Assembly: GCA_963924565.1 (NCBI GenBank)
Contig: OZ004607.1
Span: forward strand, 9,486,001 to 9,550,000
Length of the DNA stretch: 64,000 nt
Direction: 5' to 3'
Source of the DNA: Ascidiella aspersa
Taxonomy: Eukaryota
Program-made: the position numbers and the translations under genes
Notes under the pieces: generated by a model
The model's input: only the letters and a program-made list of their open reading frames with translations
Databases searched by the model: none
Told to the model about the DNA's origin: nothing
Shown here: positions 28,884 to 41,400 of the stretch, piece after piece
Layout: the number at the start of each line of letters is the position of its first letter
Numbering within the stretch: position 1 is the stretch's first letter

Positions 28884-29057
28884 ATGGATAACCCTAAAAA
28901 GGGGAGAAGCAGCTCCTATGGACCCGACATCCTTCGTCCACTCGCCAACGGGGAAGAAGCCCCCGATAAGCTGCAGTCGCACAGCATCTGGTATTCTTTC
29001 TCCCCCACTCCCTACGCTACCAAGCCGGTCGTTTTTAGAGAGCGAAAAATTAAGCAG
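28884..29057 (+). CDS. Candidate alternative first coding exon of the RhoGEF (MDNPKKGRSSSYGPDILRPL...FRERKIKQ, 58 aa)
   Basis: ATG-initiated open frame with coding-like composition. It ends at a strong CAG|GTGAGT donor in phase 0, matching the acceptor at 35483. Confidence 0.6.
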
Positions 29058-32000
29058 GTGAGTCGCTGAATTCCGAACTTCGGCCGTTCGCCAGGGTTGC
29101 CGGTCTGCGTGAGAATTGGTTTCAATTGTAAAGCCACCCTTGCGCCTGCCGCTGGACGTCATCTATTCAATTGGAGTTCCACGTTCTTAATTACCATAAA
29201 ATCACGGTTAAATATTGTTTGTTAACGAAACAGTTTTACGGACCACTTAATACTAAGTAAAGGCTCATTTTTCAAACCTGCTCTAATTTCTATTACTGTG
29301 GGATTACACGATGACGTTATTATTGTGTGGTGGTTTAATAATAAGTTTAACACTCCGTACTACACAACTTAACTAGATATACACCCGGATTAGGTGTCGC
29401 AAAAACATGACGCTAAACGTTGACAAAAAAATAGAGGAAGTCGAAACAGTATCACATAAAGAACGCGGTCTGTAAGCCTTTAGTTTAAAAGTGCATGCAA
29501 GAGTTTTATTAATAGATAATGTCGTAATTATTATTAACAACAAAAGTTTTGATTTGGCTTAGAACTTTCCCAATTCTTCGGGCCTACGAGCTTTATCGTG
29601 TTTGTACACAAATTAAATAAGGTAATTAGCAAATGTGACCTTCTCGAATATAACCCGATACCCGTGAACTACACACTTGGGACGTTAAACCGCCTAAACA
29701 GTACATGAAGGAGCCGTTAAAAATATCGTGAGCTGCACAGCATTACACTGGTTCGATTTGCGACCGCGTCAACCTCCCAAGACCGGGTTTAGCCCTTGCA
29801 GTAACAGCACGCAGCGTGGGAACGGAGGAAGTACCCGAGCTCACTGTAAACTGTTGCTTCTATCGCCCATATATCGCTGCCCACTGCTCTCGGCTTAGCT
29901 TGGCTAAACGGCAGCTTGTTTATATTTCCCCTATCGCGCTACCGCTAACAGTTATCATTGTAATTGGTTGGAAAAATCAGTAGTTTAACTTGGCTCAAAC
30001 TCTTTTGACAAGTGTATATTCGACAATTAGGGTTTGAGATGTTTAAATTGCCCATCTATACAGCCTTGCAGACCTCCTTTTGCTTTCCAAATCACTACAC
30101 TAGTTCTGTATAAAATTTCAATTTTGGAGAAAGAACAACGTAATACTAGTCCTAGATTTTGTTTAGCATTTGTCATATTAGTTGGTAAACATTTTCTCGG
30201 GGCCAAATAGTATTTGTTGGCTAAATTTTGGGTATAAAAGTCCGTTTATACAATAGAAGCGATTGATCTGTTAACTCAATTTCAGTTGTTATTGATAGAA
30301 GCCCAAGTATCATGACGCCTTTTCAAAAATTCGATTAAAAAGCTGGAATTCGCGGCCTGCATTGAAATACGCAGGCGAGTCTAGTCGTGTAATTGAACGT
30401 CTCGGCTACAAAACTCGCGTTCCAAAGATAGACGGTAGAAAGGCGGCCTTCCGAACCAGCCGTCAATTTATTTCGGATTCAAACCGGCGCAGTCCCGGGT
30501 ATAAATAAACCGCGCGTGTCTTGACCGGCCCGGTAGCGCCAACAGAGCGACAGCGACGCCGCGATCCCTCCATTATGACGCGACAGACAGAGAAAGCCGT
30601 GCGTCTGAAAAACACATCACCCACCCTGTCCCTTGGTCGTAATTCCTCGTTGCAGCGAAGAACCGACGCTCTGCTATTTTTGCCCGACGACCCTTTGCGG
30701 CCCTTTCCCGTGGTAAACAACTCCATGTTTGTCCAAAGGCGCGCGCCGACGATTTGCGATGCGTTATCTCGGCCCTACGACGCCCGCCCATCTTCCTTTT
30801 CTTTCATTGTCCCCTGGAAGCCATTACGCGCCCATCGATGGGCACTCGGCACGCGTATCTGTGCGTAGGTTGGAGCCGGTTAAGGGTTAGCAACGCCTGC
30901 TGATTGGATGTTGTTGTCGGTTTTGGTGCTTCGGCTATTTGGAATTGGCTGTTTTTGTGGTATGGCGCTTTGCTTTATTGACGGGGCGAGGTTTGGGTTT
31001 GTGGTGCGTCTTTTTTTTTTGCTATGTTTTTTGTCAGTGCGGAAATCAACAGGTAATTTACCTTCCTTTGTTTTTAGTTGATTTCAATTCCTAATGGCCG
31101 CTTTTTCCCGCTCATAAACACTGAGCAGTTTGAGCGGTGAATGTTTGTAGTGTAACTCAACTCTTCTTTGGGCCCATATGTTTCATTTCGAAATGTACAC
31201 CCGTATATTGGAAATTTAAGCGATGTTAAATTGCAAAGTCAAATGTTATGTTTTCGATTTGATTTTTTTTTCTGTTTTTTTTCGAAGGCTGCCATGCTAA
31301 CACGAAATACAGCGAGTATATACAACTTTACAAGTTGGCAATAGAACCTTTACTTGCAACTCATCTGAACTTTTACCTATGTGACGTGAATATCAACCTT
31401 TACTTCAATCGTTCCTTAACTTCAAAGTCTCCAGGATCAAATCGGTTCCATTTGCGTCACGCTTGCGGTTTTAACAGGGCGCATCAAAATTCGCGAGCTC
31501 AGCTGTGAATGGTGCTCGACGAACGTGGTTTAAATTGGGCGTGCTACCAGTTCCCGTTGGTTGCAGCAGCGGCGACGCTGTTATCATCACAGTCGGCCCT
31601 TGTAGCGATTAAATTGGAGTCCTTGTAAAACTGGCGGAGACCACACGTGCGGTATGACAAGCACTCGTTGGTCACATGGCTCGAATTCATACCGACGTTG
31701 CCCCCGCTATGCCCCTGGTACTCGTGTGTTGCAACAACGCGCAAAATATTGTCGCAAGATTCCGGGTGTAACGACAACATAGAATCCGAGAAATGCGTGA
31801 TTGCATTCCGCACGGTTATCTAAAGGTATGCGGTGTGATCCCTATTTATAACAACGTGCGGTAAACCTGTTTGTCTTACAATCCCAACTTGACGTTACAA
31901 TGTTAAACAGTAGTTAGTTGGAATTTTGAGGCTTTAACGGTAAAATTCGCATTAATAGGTCATGCACAACAGCGAACACACATATTTATCTACAGGTAGT

Positions 32001-34830
32001 AAAACGGTTGTTTCGGGAAATTTTCCGATTTTTGCTAACAGCTTTAGACCATTACATTATTACGTTGGTCACATCGCTGAGAATATGCGTCAGTAAAATT
32101 CGCCGCTAGCATGAACATGTGGTGTCGCATATATAAAGCGAATTTTCTCTAACGTTCCCAAGCTTGCAAGCAAAACCAGGCGACCCTTTCAACTATTGCG
32201 TGGCTTGGCAATCAGTGGCCTGATGTAAACGTGACCTCCATTCGGATGTCGACCCCTGCAGAGAAAGTTCAATTCGTGACAAAGGTGCTTGGCATCGAAA
32301 AGCAAAGGCGCCGACTGATTGAATTTTTTGGGAGCGCTTTGAATGCTACACGATGCTGATGTATTTTGCTTTGCAACAAGTTCAAAACAAGCTATATAGA
32401 GCAAAACAAGCGCAGAAATGTCGTTTTTTTCTTATTAGGTTAAAAAATAGATCATGTCATATGTAAACTTTGTAGATTTTTATGTTCTAGCTTTTGAACT
32501 TTTATTCAACTCGCAACGAAAACCCTTAAATATTGGATTTAAGTATTTACCGTCGACTGATTTCTAGAATAATGTGAGTTTTTAACCAAAACAGTACTGG
32601 ATACAACTGCATATATATTTTATATTGCGCTCATGTTATGTATTTTTTAAAGTTTTAAGAAAAATAAAAACAAATTTATACTGTTTTTTTTAATTGAATT
32701 GTATTGAAAAGACGGATCCAATTTTAGGTGTTTAAAAACCTGGAAATTTTCTTTGTCGAATGTCTTTTTTCCTAAAACTGTGTGGCAACTCTGCAGTTGC
32801 GGTGCCACTTAATCGCGTGTCCTCGTCCAATCCACAAACCCACTTAACCCTCCTTCAACCGACAGCAGCAACGCAAACACGCCCTTTGTTCGCTCACAGA
32901 CACTCGATTATTGCGTAAGAAGGCTCCGCTCGTGCTGACGTTGTGTGAATCCCTTTTTAATTGCTCCGTCGTCTGAACGAAAACTGTACGCACCTGGTCA
33001 AACAGAATAGGACGTCATCTCGTGACTTTTCAGTTTTCAGTCGACGGGGATTTAACATTTCGAAAAAATAATCACCCCTTATAAAGGCAGTAGTCTGTTG
33101 TTAGGTAAATTTGTTTTCGATATTTTTCAGACCTTGTTTGTTTTTAATTTTTTCGATATCTGGAAAATCATCCGATATTATTGGAACCGGTACAGATTCT
33201 TAGACAAACAATAAATAGCATTTCAATTTACTCGAAACGATAAACGACCTTGAAAAATGCTAGCTAAACCAATAAACATTGTTTTTCTTGTTAAGCACAT
33301 TTTCCCTGAACTTCAACTCCGACCATGAAGCCGTAGTCATAATATGCGCCAAAAATACACATTTCTTGAGTTTTTGCTGGAAACCTCCTGCGATTAATAG
33401 CGTTGTTAGACACATTTTTAACGAAACAAATCTATTGGACACCGGCTATCGCGGTCACGCATCGTGACGTGTATCAGAATGACGTCACCACCTCTTTCAG
33501 TGACGTCACTTGGGAAAGTCGGCCAGTCATCTCAACGCCTACCCTTAGCGGGTAACTTATGCGAGCTTGTAAGGCATTACCAACCGGAAGGATTGCTTGT
33601 CTAGTGTGTTATATGTTGTAAGGTATATGTGCCAGGGCTGATAAACAACGCCAAGGCTGCTGTTAAATCTATACAGTGCCTAAGTAGGGAATCAAGAAGT
33701 TAGATTGCAGCTTTTAGCTAGCTAAGTTAGTGTTTATGGGTTGAGATGAACCAAGGTGGCGCCTGTGTGTATGTTTCGTTATGTACCAGCTTGCGATTCA
33801 AGTCCCGCTTGCTCCTATGCATCTGGTTTGTCTCTTTTGCGGTTTCATATGATCCCGAAACTTAAAGAATACAATAGAATAGTTATTGGCGCATCGTATT
33901 GTATTTGAGGTCGCCCTTAGACAACGTCTACAGCACTTCGAAAATCGATCGAGCCTTTTCGATTTGTAATCCTGTTTTCGGGCCGTTTTCCCACTCCTTG
34001 AAACTGGACAGATTGGGGGAAAGCAGCCGACTGGATTTGACATAAGGGGTGGAGAAACTGGCTTTGACGTTATCGAAAATACGTAGGTCACCTTTCCTTT
34101 GTTGAGATACAGTTTCAGTTTCACTTTAAAAAAATCCGGCCGACTTTAAAATTGAAGTGCGAATCACCTGGTTAATTTAGTTGTTGAAATTCTATTTGGA
34201 AAGACTCGTTTAATTATCAAGTTCAAATCAGCGAATTGCAATATAAGCTGGAGGTTACGATTAAACGTCAAATGAATATCAAAGCGAATACAAAAGTAAG
34301 TAGCACATTTATTCTACTTTCGAAGTGGCCAACTTAAGAGGCAAAGCCAAACATCAAACTTAAGGCAAACTTATGGCTCCAAAGGAAGCATACCAAAGTA
34401 GTCAGTTGCATTCTGCGATCAAAACAAAGTGACCAAAAGGTGGTCTGACGCCTTCCATACGTGGGAGCGAAACAAAAACTCCACGCTAAGTTTAGTTTGT
34501 GACGCCTCGAATGTTATGCAGCGCAGGCCATTCGTCTATCAATCAATTTATCCGCCTCCATCCAGCATTCTGTGTTTACCGTGTAGGCAACTTACCTGCC
34601 AGTCCCCGTACAGTTTAGCTGCCAATATTTTGGCCGTTTTTGTGCTCTTTTGAAGGATAGTTTATGTTTTGTTGATGCCGTTACGTTGCCTTTGGGTATT
34701 ACTGTCGATTCGTATTACAGTTCTGAGACGTTTTTTTATTAATTCAAAGCTTTATCGGTGTTTCAAGCAGCTAAAAAACGTAAAGACCGCAAAAGTCAGC
34801 TCTGATGAGGATTTTGCTCGACTTTAACAG

Positions 34831-34965
34831 CGATACGATATAGCGGGTTTCTGTAAGGCCCATGCTCTAGGAACAGTAGATATGTCGTTTGGCAACCAAG
34901 GCAGGTACTTTGCCAAGGATGATTTCGAAGTTGGCAGCCCGCGGAAAGTCAAACTTCGAAAGAAG
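34831..34965 (+). CDS. Candidate alternative RhoGEF exon (RYDIAGFCKAHALGTVDMSFGNQGRYFAKDDFEVGSPRKVKLRKK)
   Basis: Acceptor ctttaacag|, 135 nt open in phase 0/0, internal ATG at 34882, AAG|GTGAAC donor. Confidence 0.4.
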
Positions 34966-35482
34966 GTGAACGGGATGTTGCCTGCTTCGTGTTTCCTTAT
35001 TTTCCACTAAGTTTGCAGGATGGTGCAAACACCTGGCTATGTGCCTAATATTTTACTTGCAGCGATCACGGTTCTCGGTCACTTTATCAATGTTGAGAGT
35101 CTTGTTTGATTGTGTTGTATTAAGCAGGCTGAAAAAATACTGTAAGAAATATATATACACAGCAGATTGACTTTATATAAATAATGTGAATTCAATAGCT
35201 AAAAGAAAAATTAAAAAAATTGTTTGGAAAGGTTAAGCAAAAAATAAAAAGCACATGATATTAAACATACTTTAAGGCTAAATCTGTAGCTCCCTTGTGT
35301 TAACAAGCGTTAAAGTTTCCATTACCTATTTATAGTTTATTATCCGTTCTTAAACAGAAACTGGTTTAACAGATGCGAAAACAGTTTCATTATTATGGAT
35401 CGCTTTGTTTCGCTTAGAGCCGTTTAGTTGAACGGTTTCGTTTATAAGCTTTTCCACTCACAAACCAATTTTTTTGTTGCAG

Positions 35483-38400
35483 AGGCCTTCGATTATTCGA
35501 CCCCAGAGTATGATGATCAACAGGCCCGCTCAATATTCCGGTAAGTTGACGAGAAAAACCTGTTTAAGTTGTTCCACACAATCTATTGCGTGGACTTGAA
35601 CTTTAAAGTATTGTATAGCGTCAAATAGTATAGCGTCAAAAAAGTAACATCGTATAGCGCCAAAAAAGTAATTTAGTATAGCGTCAAAAAAGTAATTTAG
35701 TATAGCGTCAAAAAAGTAACTTAGTATGTGTTAAAAACGTAAATTAATATAGCGTCGAAAAGTAACATCGCATAATGTTTTTTGGACAAATACAAAAACA
35801 ACGTGAAAAAGGTTAAAAGGGCATGGAATCACAACAGTAATTGTAAAGCCACGCGTTTATGAGCATATACTTTAAGGAAAATTTCCAAATCGTTTACGTG
35901 CTTGTTCCGCTTTTATATCTTTGTTAAAAAAGTCTGTCTTTTAAAATATCGGTGGTTTAAAACTCGAGAGGCAATTAAAGCAAAAACTGCAGCACGTGTC
36001 GTAAACTCGGGCGCAAAATAGTGGCGATACATTCGTTTTATGATAGAGTTATTTGGCTCGCTCTGCAGCCAGCCCTTGTGTGTTACCTGGGCAACAGTGG
36101 CAACAGCATCACAACATTACAACGTCGTTGTATTTACAAGCGCCCGAAACCACGCATGCAGCCGCACTTTACATATACCGCTCGTATAAATTCACGCCCC
36201 CGACATACGTAAGCACATGCACATCGGTCACCGGCCCGTTGTTCGCAGCACACAAGATCGCTTAGCGCCACGTCACTCTTTCCGCCTGTGACGTAACAAT
36301 AGTCAGCGCGCGGTCAGGCCGCTGTAGTTGCACTCCTGCTCTATCTGTCGTGGCGCAAAGGCGCAGGGTTCCATCGAAAGGACGTTCGGTTTGCTGTAAG
36401 TTTAACCGACAAACCAAGTTGCGTTTGTCTTTAAGTGATTGTTCCCCGCGTTTTCACCTTTAAGAGTACAACGAAATACCCCTATTTTTTTAAGTTGTTA
36501 ATCACACCGCGCCTTCTTCCTCACTCTAATTTGTCTTGACTGAATTTTAAGCTGAACATAAGCCCTCTGAAATCAAGTAAATATCCACTACAAAGTTAGT
36601 TGTAATGCACAAAAACCAGCAACTACTATTAGTCCAGTTTGAACTACAAATTTATACTAAAATATTGTCACCTTTAAGTCTTTAAGAGTACAACAAATGC
36701 CCCAATTTTTTTAAGTTATTAATCACCCCTGATTTCTCTTATCCGGTGACTGAATTTTAAACTGAGCATAAGCCCTCTGAAATAAAATAATCATTCACAA
36801 CAAAGTCAGTTGTAATGCAAAAACATGCAAGTACTACTAGTCAAGTTTTAACTGCACATTTATACTGAAATATCCAAAAAGTTAAATAATATGGCGCATT
36901 GCACAAACGCACAATCTAACTACCACTTATAAATGCAAGAAATTGTAAGATGAAAATAGGCCGAATTTGTCGTCGTTAGTCCGGTAACATGAAACTACCA
37001 CTATTATATTAAATAAGCCGCCTTTCAAAGCTCCAATGTTAAACTTGTTGTAATTTTGTAGGCCCTCACTCTGGCTACACTGGCGGACCAGCCAAATCCA
37101 ACGCAAGACCCATCTCCGTAAGTTATCTATTTTTCACTGTGCTAAAGTTAGTCGCCTATTTTGCATGAGGCCCCCTTTTTTTTAACGATATTAAAGGAAT
37201 GTCATGTTGCGACACCATGTCTTTCCTTTGGTATTTCTGACTAATTGTGTTTCTCCTTTCTTTGCAGAACGCCGTCAATCTTAAAGTCAGCTCAAGCGAT
37301 CTCTATGGCAACAACAATAAAAGCAACAGGTGTGTTATTAAAAAAAACGCGCAACTTTTTCTTCGTTAATTGCTCACATAAAGTTGTTTAAATTATTACT
37401 AAAAAATCAACAACACCCAGTTGAAATGAGATGTCCATTTGCTCTTCAGATCGTCCTATTATGACGAAGAAGAAGATGGGACTCCCCCTAATTCATACGT
37501 ATCCAGGTAAGATTCGCGATTTGATAGTTTTTGGGTCGAATTTAAACGTATATTTTAGTCTTTTTTATTCGCAATGTAGAATGATTTTTAAAGAACGTGT
37601 TAGAAAAGTGACTCTATACTTTGTGCTCCATCTATCAAACAACGCCTCTCTATAAAAACAAAAGTTTGGCGTTCTAACACACAAGACTTGTAGTGGTTTG
37701 TGGTCCACACTCAGGCCGTATAAGTTGTTATAGGAATGTCAACAATTTTTTTTAAATCATTGAGTGTATTCTTTTAATCAATTTTGCGGTTCTTCTGATC
37801 AATTTTGCTGGGACAAGAAGCCATGTAATTGGGTAAATGTTATTTGACAAGCAATACAATTCAAAATGCTTGCTTAACGGTTATATCAGTTATTTTTTGC
37901 AAAAAGCTTATATTGATTAAATTCGAACTTATCTATGCCGATATGTTACGTTTTGTTGGCAAAATTCAATAAAGAAAATTAAGTCGCCAGAGCTTTCACT
38001 GTTATCCTTACGCCCACTATCAAAAAGTTTGAGAAACACTGGGTTACAGCAATTAAAGCAATTTACAACATGGTGCCCTATAAATACTAACAACTCGCGG
38101 GTGGCCCTAAGCCCGCCCCACGCAGTCTCCCGCCGTGCAATGACGTCACTTTTTGTTGCTTCCACAGCGCCAAGGACCTCACCTCTGGCTCCATGGAATC
38201 GCTCGACGAAGGTTCGTTTTGTTGTTTGTGTCCTCTGTGTGTTCCTACCAACTGTTGCGTGCTTTGGGATATTCTTGTTAATGCTTTTTTAGAGGCGTGA
38301 GTCATTTAAGCCGCGGCTACAGCTATTTAGGGATTGTGACCGTATTAGATACAACGTTTTTTTCTGCTTTTTTCTTTTCCAGACACCTACATCGCCATAG

Positions 38401-41400
38401 AAAATGTCAAACAATTTGTTTTGCGTACCGTAATTCATTAAAAATTGTTTTTTCAATTTCAAAATTTATTTCCTGGGAACTTGAATATTAACTAACACGC
38501 GATTTCCTGAATAAATGTTAACTAGAAAAGTAAAACAAATCGGTAATATGTACAATAAATAAATATGTATTTTTTTTTCCTAATTTAAGTACCTGCCTTA
38601 TTTGCCAATCAAATAAAAGAAAAATTCACAATTTCAAAAAAAAAATAAAAAAAAATAAAACCTGTAATTTAAATGAAAAAACCCATATTGCTCCCCCTAG
38701 CGTCAGACAACTTGGAGTACGACAACGACCCGGATTTGATGCTGAAGCCTGACGAGCCGGACTCGTGGAGCGTCACTGCCGACAAGAAGGTGCTCAAGAA
38801 AATGTCGAAGAAGGAGACCAAGCGACAGGACAACATTTACGGTAAGTTCAAAATTGGTGACCCCGTTCCCACTTTGGCAAGAGTCAATTAAAACCAACGC
38901 CGGGCATAAACCCTTAGAAAACCCGTACTATACTCTTGCTCTTAATTAGGTAAACCTTAACGTCAACATCTAAGGTCAGTTTAAAATTGTTGTCCCCCTA
39001 TTCCTGTTCCACACTTCAACTGGATTTAAATTAGTTATTTAAAATTAGATTAAAATTCGAATTCGAGAATTTCAGTTTTCCAATTTGTTTCTAAATTAGA
39101 ATTACCGAATTCTTGAAAACTAGAAGCTAGACTATTAGTCGTCAATAAACTTGTTATTTCGACAATTAAATTGCAAAACTCTTGGTACTTCGTCTTTTAG
39201 CCAATTGCAGTTGCTAGGTTATTTTCTCGTAAAAATTCCTGTTCCAGTTCTATCTTCCCAATGGATTTGCGGTTGCCGGGAAACACAATTTGTCCTGGCG
39301 CTCGAATTGATTAGTCCAGCTAGCTTGCGTCTTTTGACGTACTCGCAAAATGAATTTCACCTAATCGAATTTGCGACCTGCGCAAAAGGTTAACGAGGAT
39401 TTTTATCAATTTTACCTGCTTTTTGTAGGCATTCGCAAATTTCTCGATTAAAATTGTCTAATATTATTTTAGTCCTGGCCAACGTATTGCGTTTTTACCC
39501 TTAGGGGAATTTGTTAAAAACATTAACTTCACTATAGACCAGTGGTCGGTCGCGGCACAAAACTCTTTTCAGAGCTGTTTCAGGATATTTGTTTGGGGTT
39601 GAAGGCATTAGAAAGACGTCACAAAGTTACGTTATACAACAATCGTTCTACTGAACCTACTTCAGTATGTGCTTTGATATCCTTACATCGTCTTACTGCA
39701 ACCGCAAACCATTATGATACAACGCATATACAATAAAAATTATACATACGCCACGACCGCCCATCTACTTAACAAAAACTCCGTTTCTTGTAGAAATAAT
39801 CCAGACGGAGCGCAACTACCTTACCACGCTGAAGATAATGCAGCGCATCTACGCGCGCGGTATGAGCAAGGAGCTCCACCTCGACCAAACCCAGATCGAA
39901 CGCTTCTTTCCGCTCATCGACGAACACGTTGAATTCGTGGCGCAGTTTGTGCAGAAACTTACCGAGAGACAAGCCGACAAAAAGGTGCGTCGCTTGTTTC
40001 TTTATGTGAACATTTGGCCGAAAATATGTGCTTAGCACATACTGCTTGCCTGTGAACAGCGGTGGTTCTTTCCTTTTCGCTACTTTTCGTATTACCCTCG
40101 TATGAGAAATTTGCCAAATGCAACATAGGGGCTAAATAGAATAGACTTTCCGTTTTTCAATCACAAATTATTCACAATTGCATTCCAGATCTGAAATAGC
40201 TTGTCGCTGTTAAAATGTTCATTCGTATTTATTGTAAAGTAAACAATGTCGGCCGCACGTTAACAACAGTGTGTCGCGAAACTTTTTGTTATTATGAATA
40301 AACGTGTCGTATGTAGTGTACATTACAAATAAACATGCACCCTACTATCGAAAGGTACATTGTAGACTAGATAAATTATAATATTATACTAAAACTAATA
40401 ATATTTTTTATTATTATATTTTCACATTGATTTATTCTCAAGTTTAAGACGAATATCTTATTTAAACATTCAGAATATCAAAACTCAAAGTAACCTTAAA
40501 ACTTTTTTTTTTTTTTTTGGTACGCATGGAATCGTACAATAAGGCAAAATTACGGGTTCTGCAAGAAATGTTGTGGGAAAAACTAATATCTTCTAGTTGT
40601 CTTTAGACCTTGTATGATTTACTCTTATATTCCAAACACCTTTAAGTGCAAACAATGTTTTATCATTTTAAACAAACAAAAAGCGTGCACTTTCAGTTTT
40701 CAAAAAGGTTACCAAATCACAAGGCTTCCGATGTACCATATAATGTTTGCATTTTTAACATTGGCCAGTACGACTTAAAAATTACTTAATCACAGATATA
40801 AACATTGTATATAATAAGTACGTTTCCCTAACAAAAATAGTGGTGAGATTTTCAAATTACAAAAAAATCTTCAACGAGTACCTATAAAAATATTTTCGAT
40901 TTTTAGGTTGTCGAGCGAATCGGCGACGTTCTGACGTCACAATGGGCTGGCGACTCTGGCGACACCATGCGGCGGCTGCTGGGCGAGTTTTGCTGTCGTC
41001 ATAACGAAATCACTTCGCTCTACAAAGAACACATGAAGAGCGACAAGAAGTTCAACACCTTTATTAGGGTCGGTTGAGCTAAAAAAAAGCATTTTGTTGA
41101 AGTATAATTTGGTTATTTTTAGTTGATTTTTATTCAATAGAATAAATATAAGCCCCGTATACAATATAGTTGTAATTGGGCCAACAAATTAACTATTTTA
41201 TATATTTTTAACACCGAATATATTTATTTTTTATTGCAATGCAATCCAACCATAATAACGTTGATCAAAATATTTAAACCAATGGACAGGAGTAGGGACA
41301 AGTGCACCTACTTCTAAAAGAGCTTTACATTTTGTTTGTGTTTAGATAAATCCGAGAACCTCAATGCTAAATACTTTTTTATATGTTTATTCAAACTGAT

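Noticed and set aside
35612-35772. Short repeated units resembling a CRISPR array
   Set aside because: The units are head-to-tail with no unique spacers, the context is a eukaryotic intron, and there are no cas genes.
37062-37506. Second open reading frame across three small RhoGEF exons (ALTLATL...TPSILKS...DRPIMTKKK), which would rejoin frame if exon 38168-38211 were skipped
   Set aside because: It is only ~58 codons and has no family similarity. The primary frame connects cleanly through SMESLDE, so this is likely chance.
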